64,000 bases of DNA from Lama guanicoe (lineage: Eukaryota), in the NCBI GenBank assembly GCA_013239625.1, contig MU053873.1, positions 3,640,273 to 3,704,272 on the forward strand. Reading direction: 5' to 3'. The position numbers and the translations under genes are program-made. Below, piece after piece: positions 1 to 12,465 of this stretch. Under the pieces are notes generated by a model. The model was given only the letters and a program-made list of their open reading frames with translations. It was not told the origin of the DNA and ran no database searches. Positions within the stretch are counted from its first letter, which is position 1. Each line of letters opens with the position of its first letter.

Positions 1-24
1 CAGAAAAAAAAGATACGTGTGTGT

Positions 25-55
<31 letters not shown>

Positions 56-59
56 CACA
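25..59. repeat. (CA)n microsatellite
   Basis: Seen directly, with one CG interruption. Confidence 0.9.
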
Positions 60-387
60 GAGGAATGGCTGGCTGGCTACATCTTCATAAAGCAAATAAA
101 GCAAAACATGAGCAACCACAGAATCCACCTGGTTAGACTATGTGTGTCCTCTGTACAATTCTTCCACATGTTTGAAATGTTTCATAATAAAAGGTTGGGG
201 TGGGAGGGTGTGCCTGCCTTTTGACCTTGGCGTTTCATGACCCAGTTCCACATCCAGCAACCTGTCTGGAAATGAGAAGGATCTATACAAACCTTTTGCT
301 TCAGGGGTGTTTATCACAGTCATATACAATAGTCATCTTTGTGAAAAGTCAGTAAAATCCTTATCGTCCAACAAAGAGAGACTCGGC

Positions 388-627
388 CAGGGCTGGGCCG
401 AGCCATATTGACCTCAGAGGCAAAAGGACAAAAAATATCGGTAATACCGATCCTGCCTGTACGTATAATGTTGACAGTTTGCTCGTCATGGATTTTCGAA
501 TTAATTTTGATTTTAAAAAAAATACTGCATTAAGATATTTATCTTGATGACACTTTTTTTTGGTGCTTCCTTCAATTTTGTGCCCTGGGCGTGTGCTTTA
601 GCCACCTCACCCTGGTCCCAGCCTTGG
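388..627 (-). mobile_element. hAT DNA transposon relic (MER96-like)
   Basis: Terminal inverted repeats CAGGGCTGG...CCAGCCTTG with an AT-rich interior resembling MER96. Confidence 0.55.
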
Positions 628-2229
628 ATATGCTAAATCCATCGAGTATCATAGTTAAGGGTTTGTAGACCTTAAGTGCCTCTAGTACTTGTTGGCTGTG
701 TGGCCCTCAGTAAGTTACTGAACCTCTCTGATTTTCAGAGATGAAATCATCAAAGTCATCATTGTCACTGATGCAGACGGTACTGTTTACTGTGTGCCCG
801 GCATTGTATTACACTGTCTGCTCCTCCCACCAATGAAATGAGGCTTGTATTAGAGTTATTACCCCCACTTTACAGATGGGAAAAGTGAGGCAGGGGGATT
901 CAGTGACCAGCCTAAGGCCACACAGCTATTAAGCGGTGGCATGTGCGAGCCACAGCTTCGCACCTTGGACAAGGCGGAGGAGGACCTGGTCCTTGCCACA
1001 TCAGTCTGGGTGGAAGCGGAGTGTCAGGGAAGGCAGAGGAGACCAGGCAGCAGGCAGGACAGCACAGTCCCGCCTCCTTCCACAACAGGGGAGAGGGGTG
1101 CAGAAGGGAACTGGGAAGCCAGATTGCGTGCCTGCTCCCCACTCCTGGCTCCCTTTAGGTACAATGTGGTCTGAAAGTGTGACTATAAAAAGCGTCACTC
1201 TCTGAAAACTGGGGCAGCCCGAGCACTTTCCCCGCCAGAGGACTTTTTCTGCAAATTCTTCTGTTCTCTCCAGGAAACTCTTGGGATGTTGCTGGGCATC
1301 TAAAAGGAAAGAAAGCCATCTCCTTACATAATTAATCCAAAAAGTGTTGGAGGAGCTACTGAGATCCAGGAAATAGACGGGGATTTTATCCACAGTGGGA
1401 CGGAGAGCCTAGAGGTCACCATTTCTGGGTGAGCGTGTGCAGTTCCAGAAATCAGAATGTCATTCATTCATTCATTCATTCATTCAACAAGCGTTCCCTG
1501 TGCTGTTACTCTGTGTGAGCTCTGTGCTGGCCCTGAGGGGACCTATAGTCCCTGAAGAGCCCAGGGTAGCTTTCTGGTTTCTGCCATTAAGGGGGAAGGG
1601 AGTCCCAGTGGACCACCTCAAACCTGAGGCTATATCATTTTCTCCCCTAAGTCTGATACAAACAAGCACACTCTAGAGAATCCCTTGGGTGGAAGAAAAA
1701 ACCCGAAAAAACCCCGAACATTTGCAATACAAGTACCAAGGCTCAGAGGGACTAGTGAATAACATACTATAATGGAAACTTAAGAGGCGTAGATGAAACC
1801 CAACCAAGAAAGTAGGAAGTTAAGGAATGAAGAGCAAAGGGAAGATGATCATTTACTGAGAATCTGCAATTGGAAGAATGAAATGTGGGTAGGGTTTTGA
1901 AGGGTGAATAGGAGTTCTCCAAGAAGGCTGAAAGAGAATGGCATATGCAAAGGCCATTGGGCATGGCCATATTCAGTCTTGCCTCTGGGCCTCTGCACAG
2001 GCTGTACCCCTGCCTGGAGCTGCCTTCCGCTATTCGCCATCTCTGTTGGACTTCTTCCTACCCCAAGACCACCTTCAGCAAATCTCCCCCAGGAGATCTC
2101 GATTAATTGCACGACCCTCTGCACATTCTGCTTCCCCAAAGACTGGACACTCCAGGAGTATACATCCTGGGCCTGGATCTACTAATGTTATGTTGTGAGG
2201 AAGGTGATGCAACGCAAAAAATGATAACC

Positions 2230-2450
2230 ATTAAGTGAGGATTTACCGTTTGCCGGGAGCTTGTTACCCCATACACTTTACCTCACATAACCCTTGCAAC
2301 AACCGTATAGGGTGAGTCCTGTTTTTAATTATCCCCATTTTGCACAGAAGGGCAGTGAGGTTGAAACAGCTGAAGGAATTTGCTCAAGGTCACTGAGCTG
2401 GAAAGTGGGGTTCTGGGACTTGAACCCAGATCTGTCTGATTCCAAAGCCC
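2230..2450 (-). mobile_element. MIR SINE (one example of many MIR fragments in the window)
   Basis: Core atccccattttgcacagaag...gctcaaggtcac...ggacttgaacccagatctgtctgattccaaagc. Confidence 0.7.
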
Positions 2451-5400
2451 TCCCCCTTCCAGGGTCAAAGCCAGACTCTATCCACACCTCTAAAACCCCT
2501 TACAATGGTCAGTTCTGCCCTAAGCCCCATGCATGAGGGCAGTGACTATTCCACACACTTCTCTGGCTGTCCTCAGACTACCCTGGGTCAGGAAATGCCT
2601 GCAGAAGGACTTGTCTGCTTGTAAATCAAATAGTTTCCTTTCTTGATAACTGGTCTGGATACTAATTCCTGGGACCGTGAGAAGGGCTGACTTGTGGACC
2701 CAGCTTAAACCTGTTTTCTCTCCCCGTGGGATGGAGCAAAGTTTTCGGAGGGCCAGTCGAAGGCCAAACTTCTCATTTCATTGAAGAATCAGGCCCAGGT
2801 AGACAGCTGTCCCAGACCTCATAGTAAATCTGTGATAGGCGCCCTGATTTTCCATAGGAGTCGCCCACAATCTGGACTTTGACAGTCTCTGGGATGTGCC
2901 ACACTGTCTCTTGTTCAGTCCTTGGCACATGCTGTTCCCTCTGGCTAGGACACCATTCCACCTGTTCCTCACCTAGTCAGAATCTCTTGTCCTTCAAACC
3001 TCAGCTTACTCCTTCCTCCAAGAAGCCTCCCCCCAAATCTTCATGCCCATGGAGGCCACCTCTGGGCTCCCACCTCGCCGTATTACCCCCACCGCATCAT
3101 TAAAAGCTGGGCTGTGACTCAATTTACGCATCAGTCTCCCCACCGGACTCCGAGCCCACGGGCAGCAGGTGCGTGTCCCAATCACCCTTGCTTCTTACAC
3201 CCAGCAATCAGCAGGGCCCTCGACGTGCCTACCGTGTGGAATGAAGGACTCACTGAGGCTTGAACCCAAGTCCTACAACTCCCAGCATCCCTCTCCCTAG
3301 GCTGGTTTCCAAGGCAACAGGGAAAAGAATTCTGATATGGGGAAAAACAACAACAACCACCCAGAAATGACTTGATTCGACAAGTCCACCCCAGACTATT
3401 TATAAACCAAGCCCAAGACTCCTTCCTCGTGTTCCTTTATCACATCCTTATTCAAATAGTCATTTTAATGACAGAAGATGCCTTTAATTAATCTTGGGAG
3501 GGGAGAAAAAAGTCATCTGGAACGGAGATCTTTCTAGAAACAGCCAGGAACGCATCTCCCTGCTTTATCAGGCCCCACCCCGAGCTCAAGCAGAAAGTAG
3601 CGTTTTTCACACTGGGGAGAGCCCGCTGTGTGGCCCCGCCCGCCGTGGCGAGGCCAGTCTGTAATCATAGCCCCTCTTTGAAGAGCGGGGCGTCTAATAA
3701 AGCTGCACACCCTGGCCTCCCCTAAAATGGAAATGGGGCGGCCGAGGACCCTGCCTAGTTCCTCCTGCTGGGCTGCCCAGTGGCCCTGGGGGCTAGGGGG
3801 CCACCCTCTCCTCGGGCCTCCTGGGAAGGACAGGGGGACCCCCCTGGAGTCTTCATCTGGTTGCCTTGCCTGGGGCTAGAGGACATGTCTTTCTCCACCA
3901 GAGCAGCTGGAATTTCGCGTTTTTGGATCAGTAAGCGAAAGAGAGCAAGATGTTCTTGAGGAACAACAGATCCAAACTAGGACGAGGGAGTCACAGCGTC
4001 CCCTAGGGAATTCATCCCTGAGCAGCGAGCCTGCTACCCTGCGCTAAGCACCCTGCAAGCAGCACCCCAAGATTTGAAGGCTCTCCCTGAGGATAACAAA
4101 AGGCTGGAAGAATGAGTAGACGCCGTCCTTCCCTGCTCCCTTCCCGCTCCCTTCTGACTTCAATACGTACCTGAATGAGGACCTGCTATATGCCAGGTGC
4201 TGGCGCCCCAATCCCTGGCCCCCAGAGCGGTTTTACTCGGGTTTTGCAGTAAGGATGATAACGAACTGCACTAGTTCTGAGCTGCCGAGGGCCTGCTGTG
4301 TGCCCGGTCACCTCTCCGACCTGCCTAAGCCTAAGGAGCATAAATTCCCCACTGCACAGATGCCAAATGAGGAAGACCCCGGCCCAAGTCACACAGCTGC
4401 CGAGCGCAGATCCATGGCTGGAACCCAGGTCTGGCCGAGCGCACAGCCGGGGCCCTAACCACCAGGCTGCCCTGCCCCTGTGAGAGCCCCGGTTCATGCC
4501 AGAATGGGGCTGGATGGTGGCGTGCAGAAGAGGTGGTCATGGGAGCAGGGACCTTATCCCCGTTCTTCTTTCTTCCTCTCCACCTCCCTTCCTCAGACTC
4601 GGGTCGACCGTGAACCCCAAGTGAAGCCTGACTGTGACAAGCACTGGGTTTCCCGAGATGGCCTCGGGGACCCCCTCCCAGCCTCGGCCACCACAGCAGC
4701 TCCAGGGACCTGCAGGCCTGGGGGCCTCGGAGGGTCCCCTGTGCCCCACCTGTCCCAGCTGAACAGAGGCGAGAGGGCAAGCCGGGGCCCACTGACCAGG
4801 GTTTCAGGGCTGCCGGGCTCTGCCCCAACTTCTGGGGGTCCCCAGGCAGTATCCCTCTCCTCTCTGGGCCTTGAACCCCCACAGAGGCTGCACCAGAAGT
4901 CCAGCTCAAAACTCCAGCTGCCTCCGCTCAAAGGCCACCCTGCCCAGCCTCGAGAGTGCAGCAGAGCTGGGTGCAAACACCGCGTGGCTTCGTGCAAACA
5001 TCCACGTGGTCTCCCTCTGCCTAGGGGGCCTCATCTCACAAATGGACACACACACACACACACACATGGTTAAGGGCAGGGCTCCCAAGACTGACTCTGC
5101 GCTGTGTCACCCTGGGCAAGTGGCTTGCCTTCTCTGAGCCCCTCTTTCCTTGTCTTTAAAACGGGATAAATTTCAGGTGGTGCTGAAGGTTACGTGATGT
5201 GTGTCCTGACCATCTCGTGAGAGCAGAACAACTATCCTCATTACATGGATGAGGACACTGAGGTGACGAGAGCTAAGAGGCGAAGTCTGGCTCAGAGGCC
5301 AGGGCGGCAAACCACGCTCGGCAGCTGCGGCTCAGCGGGCAAGGGGACAATGGGCACTGAGAAGCCGGCACCCCTGGCCCCCCACGTCCACCCCAACCAT

Positions 5401-7504
5401 TCTCATCGCTCAGCTCGCCGGCCCTCGGCCGCCCTCCTCTCGTCTCAGAGTGGCTGTGAACAACAGTCCCCACTTGCCAATGCCTTCACACAGGCGCAGC
5501 TTTCTCCCAACCCGGTTAGAGGTTTATTATCTTGGGCCTTGCTTCCTGGCACGTGGGGAGCCCCTCCTCTGCGCCACCCATGCTGTTCCAGGAGCCATGC
5601 TGCGCCCGGCAGGCGGGGAGGGCGGGGAGCGGGGCGGCCAGGCAGCCTCGACACTCTGACAAAAGTGTGTCACCCCTTGGGTCCCCACGATAGCACACCT
5701 GTAGGCACGAGGTATATTCTGGCAGCCTTGGAGTCCTGGACCTTGGGCTAGCCTGGACTCAGGGCTGTCCGGAGCCGTGTCCCCTCACAGGGCAGTGAAG
5801 GTGAGACCCCGGGCTCCCTCCACCCAGCTGCTTCCTGCCGGGAAAGTTACCTTCCGGCAGCCCCAACCTGACTGCGGCCCCCACACCGTGATGGTTCTTA
5901 TTTCTGAATCTCACCTCCTCAGAGAATCTCCCCCCGACCACCTAGCACAAAGAAGCTGCCAGACCCCCTCTATCTTAGCATCCTTTCCTGTGCATGTTAA
6001 TACCATTATCTGGTATTTTCCTGATTAGTTAGTATGATCTTTCTAACAAAGGCTCGTGAGAGCAGAAAGCTTGTGTCTCATTCTCTGTTACTCGCCCCCA
6101 TGCCTGAACACTGGATGCTCTGAGTGTTGAATGAATGCGTAAATGAAAGAATGAAGTGAAGAAAGGGGCGGGGAGGAGAAGCGAGGAGTGGGGGATAAGT
6201 GGGAGGGAAGGGGAGGGGAGGGAAGAAGCACTATGTCATTTGTACTGCAGTCCCATCCCCTCCTCTTTCCCTGGCCAGTTCCTGCGCACCCTTGAAGACT
6301 TCACAATAATGTCCTCACCTCCAGGAAGCCTTCCCTGCTTCCCTCCCCACTTAGTTTAGTGCCTCCTCGGCGCTTCCCCTCACAGCATTCTCCTCACTGT
6401 CACGACAAGGGCCAACTGCCTCACCCCTGTCTGCCGGCTGTGGACACCGTGAAGGTCAGGCCTGTTTCCATTCCCTCGTGTATTTCCGGGGCCCGTTCTG
6501 AGGCCTGGCGCACAGCAAACGCTTGTTAAGGCCTAACCCCATACCAGGCCCAGGCTGAGTGCTCTGAATCAGGTAATTCACCTTGTAAGGAGGGGTACCA
6601 CCTCAATCCCATTTTACAGGCAAGGAAAGTAAGGCAGAAAGAAGGTGAGCTACTTGGCTAGTGTCGCACGGCAAGGACCCTGGGCGACCATTACACTGCA
6701 CTGTCCTCCAGCGCTGACTGTGTGCAACCCATGAGGCACTTTACATAAACCTCATTCAGTTCTCATCAGCCCTTAAAGGAGACATCATGCTCCCTGAATC
6801 CCAAATAAAGGAACCAAGGCCAGGGACACACAGGGTCCTCATATCCAGTTCAAACTCACTCAAGACAATTGGGCACCTGGAACCTAATTAAAGAACTGGC
6901 CCAGAAAAATACAGCCATGAACAGCATTCTTCCTTCCTGGCCAAGCCTTGAAAATGCTGACTATTCACTCCCCACCCTCTCTTGCAGCAAGAGCACAGAC
7001 ATGGGATCAAATCCTGGCCAATGGGATCTGGGGGGGAAGTCTGCTGGGTGGGCTCAGGGAGAAGTCTTCCTCCCAATGCACCCCTTCTTTCTTGGCTAGA
7101 TGTTGTCAGGTCTCCCAGGAATGGCTGGAACTGTGGCAGCCATTTTGGGACCATGAGGGGACGAGATGCTGAAAGGAGCGTAGGAAGATGGAAAGAACCG
7201 AGCTGATCCACTAATCCAGGACGTGGTATACTTTTTAAAGGGGCAGATAGTAAATACTTCAGGTATCGTCAGCCACATGTGGTTCCTGTCACATATTTTT
7301 TGGTTTTGGATTTTTTTTTTAAATAATCTTTTTAAAATGTAAAACTCATTCTTAGCTCACCGGCCATAGTTTGATGAACCCTGCACTACGTTCCCTCCTA
7401 TCACCAGGTGAATTATCTGAAATAATACGTGTCCTTACGGTTTGACCCAATTTTATGGGGTTTTTTGTTACTTTCAGCATCTTCACTGACAGAACGACAG
7501 AGGT

Positions 7505-8165
7505 GTACCAAGTACTGGTAAGGATGTTGGGGCAACCGAAACTCTCAGGGGATGAGATGCAAAATGGTCCAACCACACTGGAAAACAGTTCGGCAGGTTT
7601 TTTAAAAAAGTTTAACACATGCCTACCGTGTGATCCAGCCACTCCACTTCCAGGTGTTTACCGGAGAGAAATGAAAACATGCAGAGACTTGAACAACAAT
7701 GCTCACGGCCCCATTATTCACAGGAGCCAAAAAGTGGAATCAACCCAAACGTCTGTCAACAGGTGGATGGAGACACAAACTGGTGCCTCCACGCAAAGGA
7801 ACAGTCCTGAGCAACAAAAAGGAATGAGCCATTGATACCTAATCACGCCACGGGTGGATCTCAGGTAATTAGGTGGAGTGAAAGGAGCCAGATGAAGGGA
7901 GCGAATAGTGTCCAGTTCCATTTATATGACAGCCTACAAAATGCAGACAGATCTACAGTGACAGAGAGCAGATCCTGGTTGCTCGGGGGCAGGGATGGAG
8001 GGATGGCTTGCAGAGGGGCATGAGGAACCTCTTGGGGTTGAAGGATGGGTTTATTATTTTAATTACAGTGGCGGTTCCTTGGGAATACACATATGTCAAA
8101 ACTCATCAAATTGTACATTTTAGACGTGTACGCTGATCGTACGTCAACTGTATCTCAACAAAGCT
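7505..8165 (+). mobile_element. Old L1 (L1M-type) 3' fragment
   Basis: Typical L1M 3' motifs (ccacactggaaaacagttcggcag, ccactccacttccaggtgtttac, gtcaaaactcatcaaattgtaca). Confidence 0.7.
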
Positions 8166-11100
8166 GTCATACGCACAAAATAACAGTGGTGGCTCTTATA
8201 ATCAGCAGAGCCCTTAGGTTCTGGGTAAGCGACGGGAGACGGGTAAGTCTTCGTCAAGTGGGTCCAGAAGAAAAGTTGGGGAAGAAGGAAGGTGGGAGCC
8301 TGAGAGTCCAGGGGCTGAGCTGAGGACAAGTGAAACCCAGTCCCTGAAATGTTCCTAATTTGGCAAAGAAGGCCCCAGTGGGAGCCCTTGGGCACAGCTC
8401 GTAGACAAGTGGCTTTAACTTGTCCAGCCTCAAGGACCCACGTGGGCTGTGTTGAGCACCCCCAATTCTTCCTGGAATTCCCAGGGGCCAGAGCACACCC
8501 AGGGCACACACACCAGACAGAATTCTCCGGAAGCCCTAGACTTCAAAAAAAAAAATTTTTTTTTTTCACTCATCCCAGAAAGAACAGGAAGAACTCCCAG
8601 CTCAGTTCTCCAGCTACCATCTGCAACAGGCCGGGAACAAGTCTGGCTCCGCAGCTTCTCATCTGATCCCGGGGACAGTCTGCTTGCCAGCAGGCCCGGC
8701 AGAAAACCGGCCGCCCTCCCTCCGGCACTGCCCCCTCAGCGGGGACTTCTGTCCTGACCGGAGAACAACGGGCCCCGAGACAAGGCAGAGGAAGCCGCAG
8801 GCCAGCCCGGGAGGGCAGGTCAGGCTACGCCATCAAGGGCCAGGGAGGAGACAGACCAGGTGCGCAGCGATGAATCTGGGGAGACTCACAGGTCACCGGT
8901 GTCCCTGTGGCTTTTTACTTTCAGAGACACAAATAAATATTACAATTTTGAATTAAAAAAAAATTTTTTTGCCCCTGGATGTGATTCTGTGCAGAGACTG
9001 GACCACATGGAGCCCCATCTTTTATAAGAACCACACATACCTGTTGCCCTGGACTCCCCCAAAACCACACGATGAGGTGGGCAGTCCCTGTGCCCTTGTG
9101 CAGAGGGGGAAACTGAGGCTCAGAGGCATTCAGTGTCTGGTCCAAGGTCACTTAGCTGGGAAGCTGCAGTGCTAGGCCTGGAACTGGCTCTGTCTGGCTT
9201 GAGGGCAGACATGCTTTCATCCACGTGTTCCGGAGGGAGCCCTGATCAAAGACCCCAGCAACCCTATGCTCACAGCTGTCTGTCTTGTTTATCAAGGTGT
9301 CCCCAGCCCTGAGACCCTTCACAAGCAGCTGCTGAGTGAATGAGGGCCTCCAGCATAGGGCCAGGCACAGAGCTGGTGCTCGGTGAGGACCTGAAGGAGG
9401 ATGGAGGGAGAGACCAGAAGGAAGCACTGGATCCCCAGACCCACCCAGGATGCAGACTCTGGTCATTAAAACACAGGGTCATAACTAGAACCAGGACACG
9501 TCACTGGTCAAGGCGTCTTGAGCGTCTGTTTTCAGTCACCTTGCTCGAGACACATGACATAATTTCTGTCAACACTGTCCTGAGCTTTGAGCCTACATGC
9601 TTGTCCTTCCAAGAGAGGGAAGGAGGTGTGGAGAGGCCGCTGGGGGAAGGTCAAGGGGGTCGCATCGCATCAGCCATCACTGAGACGCACGACCACCAGG
9701 AAGGAGTGTTCTGGTCATTCTCAACCCTCACTCCCCGCCGCTAACCTGCTGTGAGGCCTTGGCTGGGTCCAGGTGCTGCCAGGCCTCCGTCCTCCTAGCA
9801 GACAAGGAGGGGACGCCACTGACCACCTGCGAAAGCCCTCCACGTCTAAACCACTCATTTGTTCCACAAAACCATCCTGAGCGCCTGCACGTGCCAGGCC
9901 GCTCCAGAAAGCTCAGGGCTCGCGACCAGATCGCCTGCCCTGATGTCTCAACAGTGGGCACTTCTGCTCCCGCCTGACCAACTCGGGAACAGGGTTAAAT
10001 GTCCTCGCTGTTTTGATGACACAAATCCTTACTCAAGAAGGTCTGAGTTAACGGTTTGCTTTCCTCAAAAACAGGACCGAGGTTACAACAACATGTTCAG
10101 ATGCAAAAGCCACCCCCCCACACACAGGGGCCCGACGTGAGAACTGCTGGGGGAGAGGCAGGGGTGGACAAGGTGCCCGCCAGCCAGCGTCTCTGTCCAA
10201 AGAGGAAGACGTGGGGACAGTGAGAGGGTGTGTGTTGGGGGCGAACAGAGTGGAAGGAGGAGGGTCAGGCCAGATCCCAGTGCCTCCCCGATCCTCCCAA
10301 ACAAGTTATTTCAGATTTTAATAATAACTGTAGTAACTACCTTCCCTTCCCCCTGCCGAGTGCTCTCATTTCAAAATGGGCTTAATGAGATCCCTTGGCG
10401 GAAAGACTTCTCGAAGCAATTGGAAATGCCGTGCAGTCATGAGATGCCAGCCGCGGGTGATATGTCCTGGACACCGAGTGAACAGAAACAGGTCCAGGGA
10501 GGGAGGCCATCACTCACACACCTACCCTGGGCTGAGCACATGGCGGGGCCCCCATATCTTTTATTTCACTGATGCTCTGCCAACAACCTCATGAGGTCTT
10601 GTCTCCCCTTAAAAGATGAGAAATCTGGGTCTCCGATGTGGTTACAGCCCAGACTGCGTGGGCTCAAAGCCTGGCCCGTCCACCAGGGAGCTGTGTGACT
10701 CTGGGCGAGCCTCTGCACCTCCCTGAGCTTCAGTTTCCTCACCTATCTGCAAACGTGGATAACAATAGTGACCTCTTCAGGGGGATTTTGTGAGGACTGA
10801 GACACTGCCTGGCGGGGGGGGGAGTCATTTAGCACATAGTCAGTGCACAGTGAATATGCTCATCAACTTAGAGGCAGTTGAATGGCTGGATTTGAACTCA
10901 GGAACCTGCTTGCTTACAAAGCTTCATCAACTCCCTCTCTCCACTAATCTGCAAGTCCCCTTCCTTTCTGCCTATCGACACCCTGTAGGAAATCAAAGCT
11001 AATAGAGGAGAGTGCGCCCACCCTCTCCGGGCCCCCGTGGCTAGGAGCCAGTGTGGTGCTGCTTCCCCAAAGCTGGCAGCCAGGGCCAGCCCCTCCTCCT

Positions 11101-11299
11101 AAGCTCCTCTTACCAGCTCCACGGTCTCACCCCTGGCAGCTGGCCGTCCCCCTGTCCCCTGCAGCACCAGTGCCTCCCCCTCCGCTGGGCCGGCCCCATC
11201 AGGAAAGCGTCAGCATCACTCATCTTAAAAAGCCAAACGGAAAGTCCTTCAGTCCCACCCCCCTCTCTGCTTGGAAGTCTAGTGGTGCCTCAGATGTAA

Positions 11300-12135
11300 C
11301 ACCCCAGGACCGAGGTCTCGGTCCCCAGCCCCAGATCTTCTTCCTTCACACTCTTCTCTGTTACAGCAAAAGCTACCACCGCCCACCCCACGGTCCTGGC
11401 CAGAAACCTGGAAACCATCCCCAGTGCCTCTTCGCACCATCCCCCAACCTCTCCAAAAAACTTCAGCCTGAACCAGATCGTTTCTGGTTCGGAAGCCCTG
11501 CCATCCCGCCTCAGCGCCAGATCCCAGCCCCCATCACCTCTGGCCTCCCCACTTTACCTCCCACCTCTCTCGTCCACCCCATCCTGCATCCCATCATGTT
11601 AGTCTCCACCGAGAGCACTCCATCCATTCTCCACTACAATCAGAGTAAACTCCAAATGCTCTGCCTGGCCCTTGAGCCCCCTACCTGCCTCCCCACAACC
11701 CCTCTTACTCAATACCAGGCCGGCCGCTTTGACCTTACTGTTGGCCTCAACCCGTCCACGCTGGTTCCAGCCTCAGGGCCTTTGCATGTGCTGTTCCCAC
11801 TGCCTGAAACACTCTTCCCCTGGGGCCCCACATGGTGGGCTCCTTCTTTCAGATCTTTGCTCATATGCCGGGTCCTCCTAGGGGCCTTTCCAGCCATACC
11901 TCCTCCCAGCCTCTCTCTGCCACATCTCCCTGTTTTACTGTCTTCATGAATTTATCAGTATTTTCCGTTCGTATATCTTATCTGTCTCTCCCACTGGAAA
12001 ACACGCTCTGCTGGGGCAGGGGTCTTGCTTTTCTCGTCCTGCAATGATGCTCGGTGCCTAGACCAGTGTCTGACACAGAGCAGGGACTCAATAAGCACCC
12101 GCTGAGCGGATACACTGTTGAATAAGTGAATAGGT
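11300..12135 (+). mobile_element. L2 LINE 3' fragment
   Basis: cctcagggcctttgcatgtgctgttccc...cagtgtctgacacagagcagggactcaataa...gaataagtgaat (L2 3' end). Confidence 0.7.
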
Positions 12136-12443
12136 AAAGAGCGGATGAACACGCAGATACACCACACAGACTCTGCGGGGCTCTGTGTGCTCATCCCTAA
12201 AGCGGAGGTGTCAGTCCCAGCACCCACAGGATGCTGCGACGATGAACCCTGGCGGACAGGTGCCTGGGAGACGCTCAAAAAAGTACCTGCTGGTTAAAGC
12301 ACTTCGGCCGGCCGAGACCCAGCGGCAGGAATCTCCTCTCAAAGCCTCACTGCATAAAACACACTTAAAAGCCGAAATTCCGTAGCTGAGTTACAGCGGC
12401 TGAAGGTCTAGCGAGGACCATATGTACCAACACGATTCGCTGT

Positions 12444-12465
12444 GTTACCCGGTAGCCATGGCAAC
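12444..12465. promoter_or_regulatory. RFX X-box match (GTAGCCATGGCAAC) overlapped by a second X-box-like sequence
   Basis: Fits GTNRCC-N0-3-RGYAAC, in non-repeat-looking intronic sequence. Confidence 0.4.

Noticed and set aside
11053..11949. 298-aa Pro/Leu-rich ORF
   Set aside because: Overlaps a C-rich decayed L2 element; non-ATG start and no recognisable protein.
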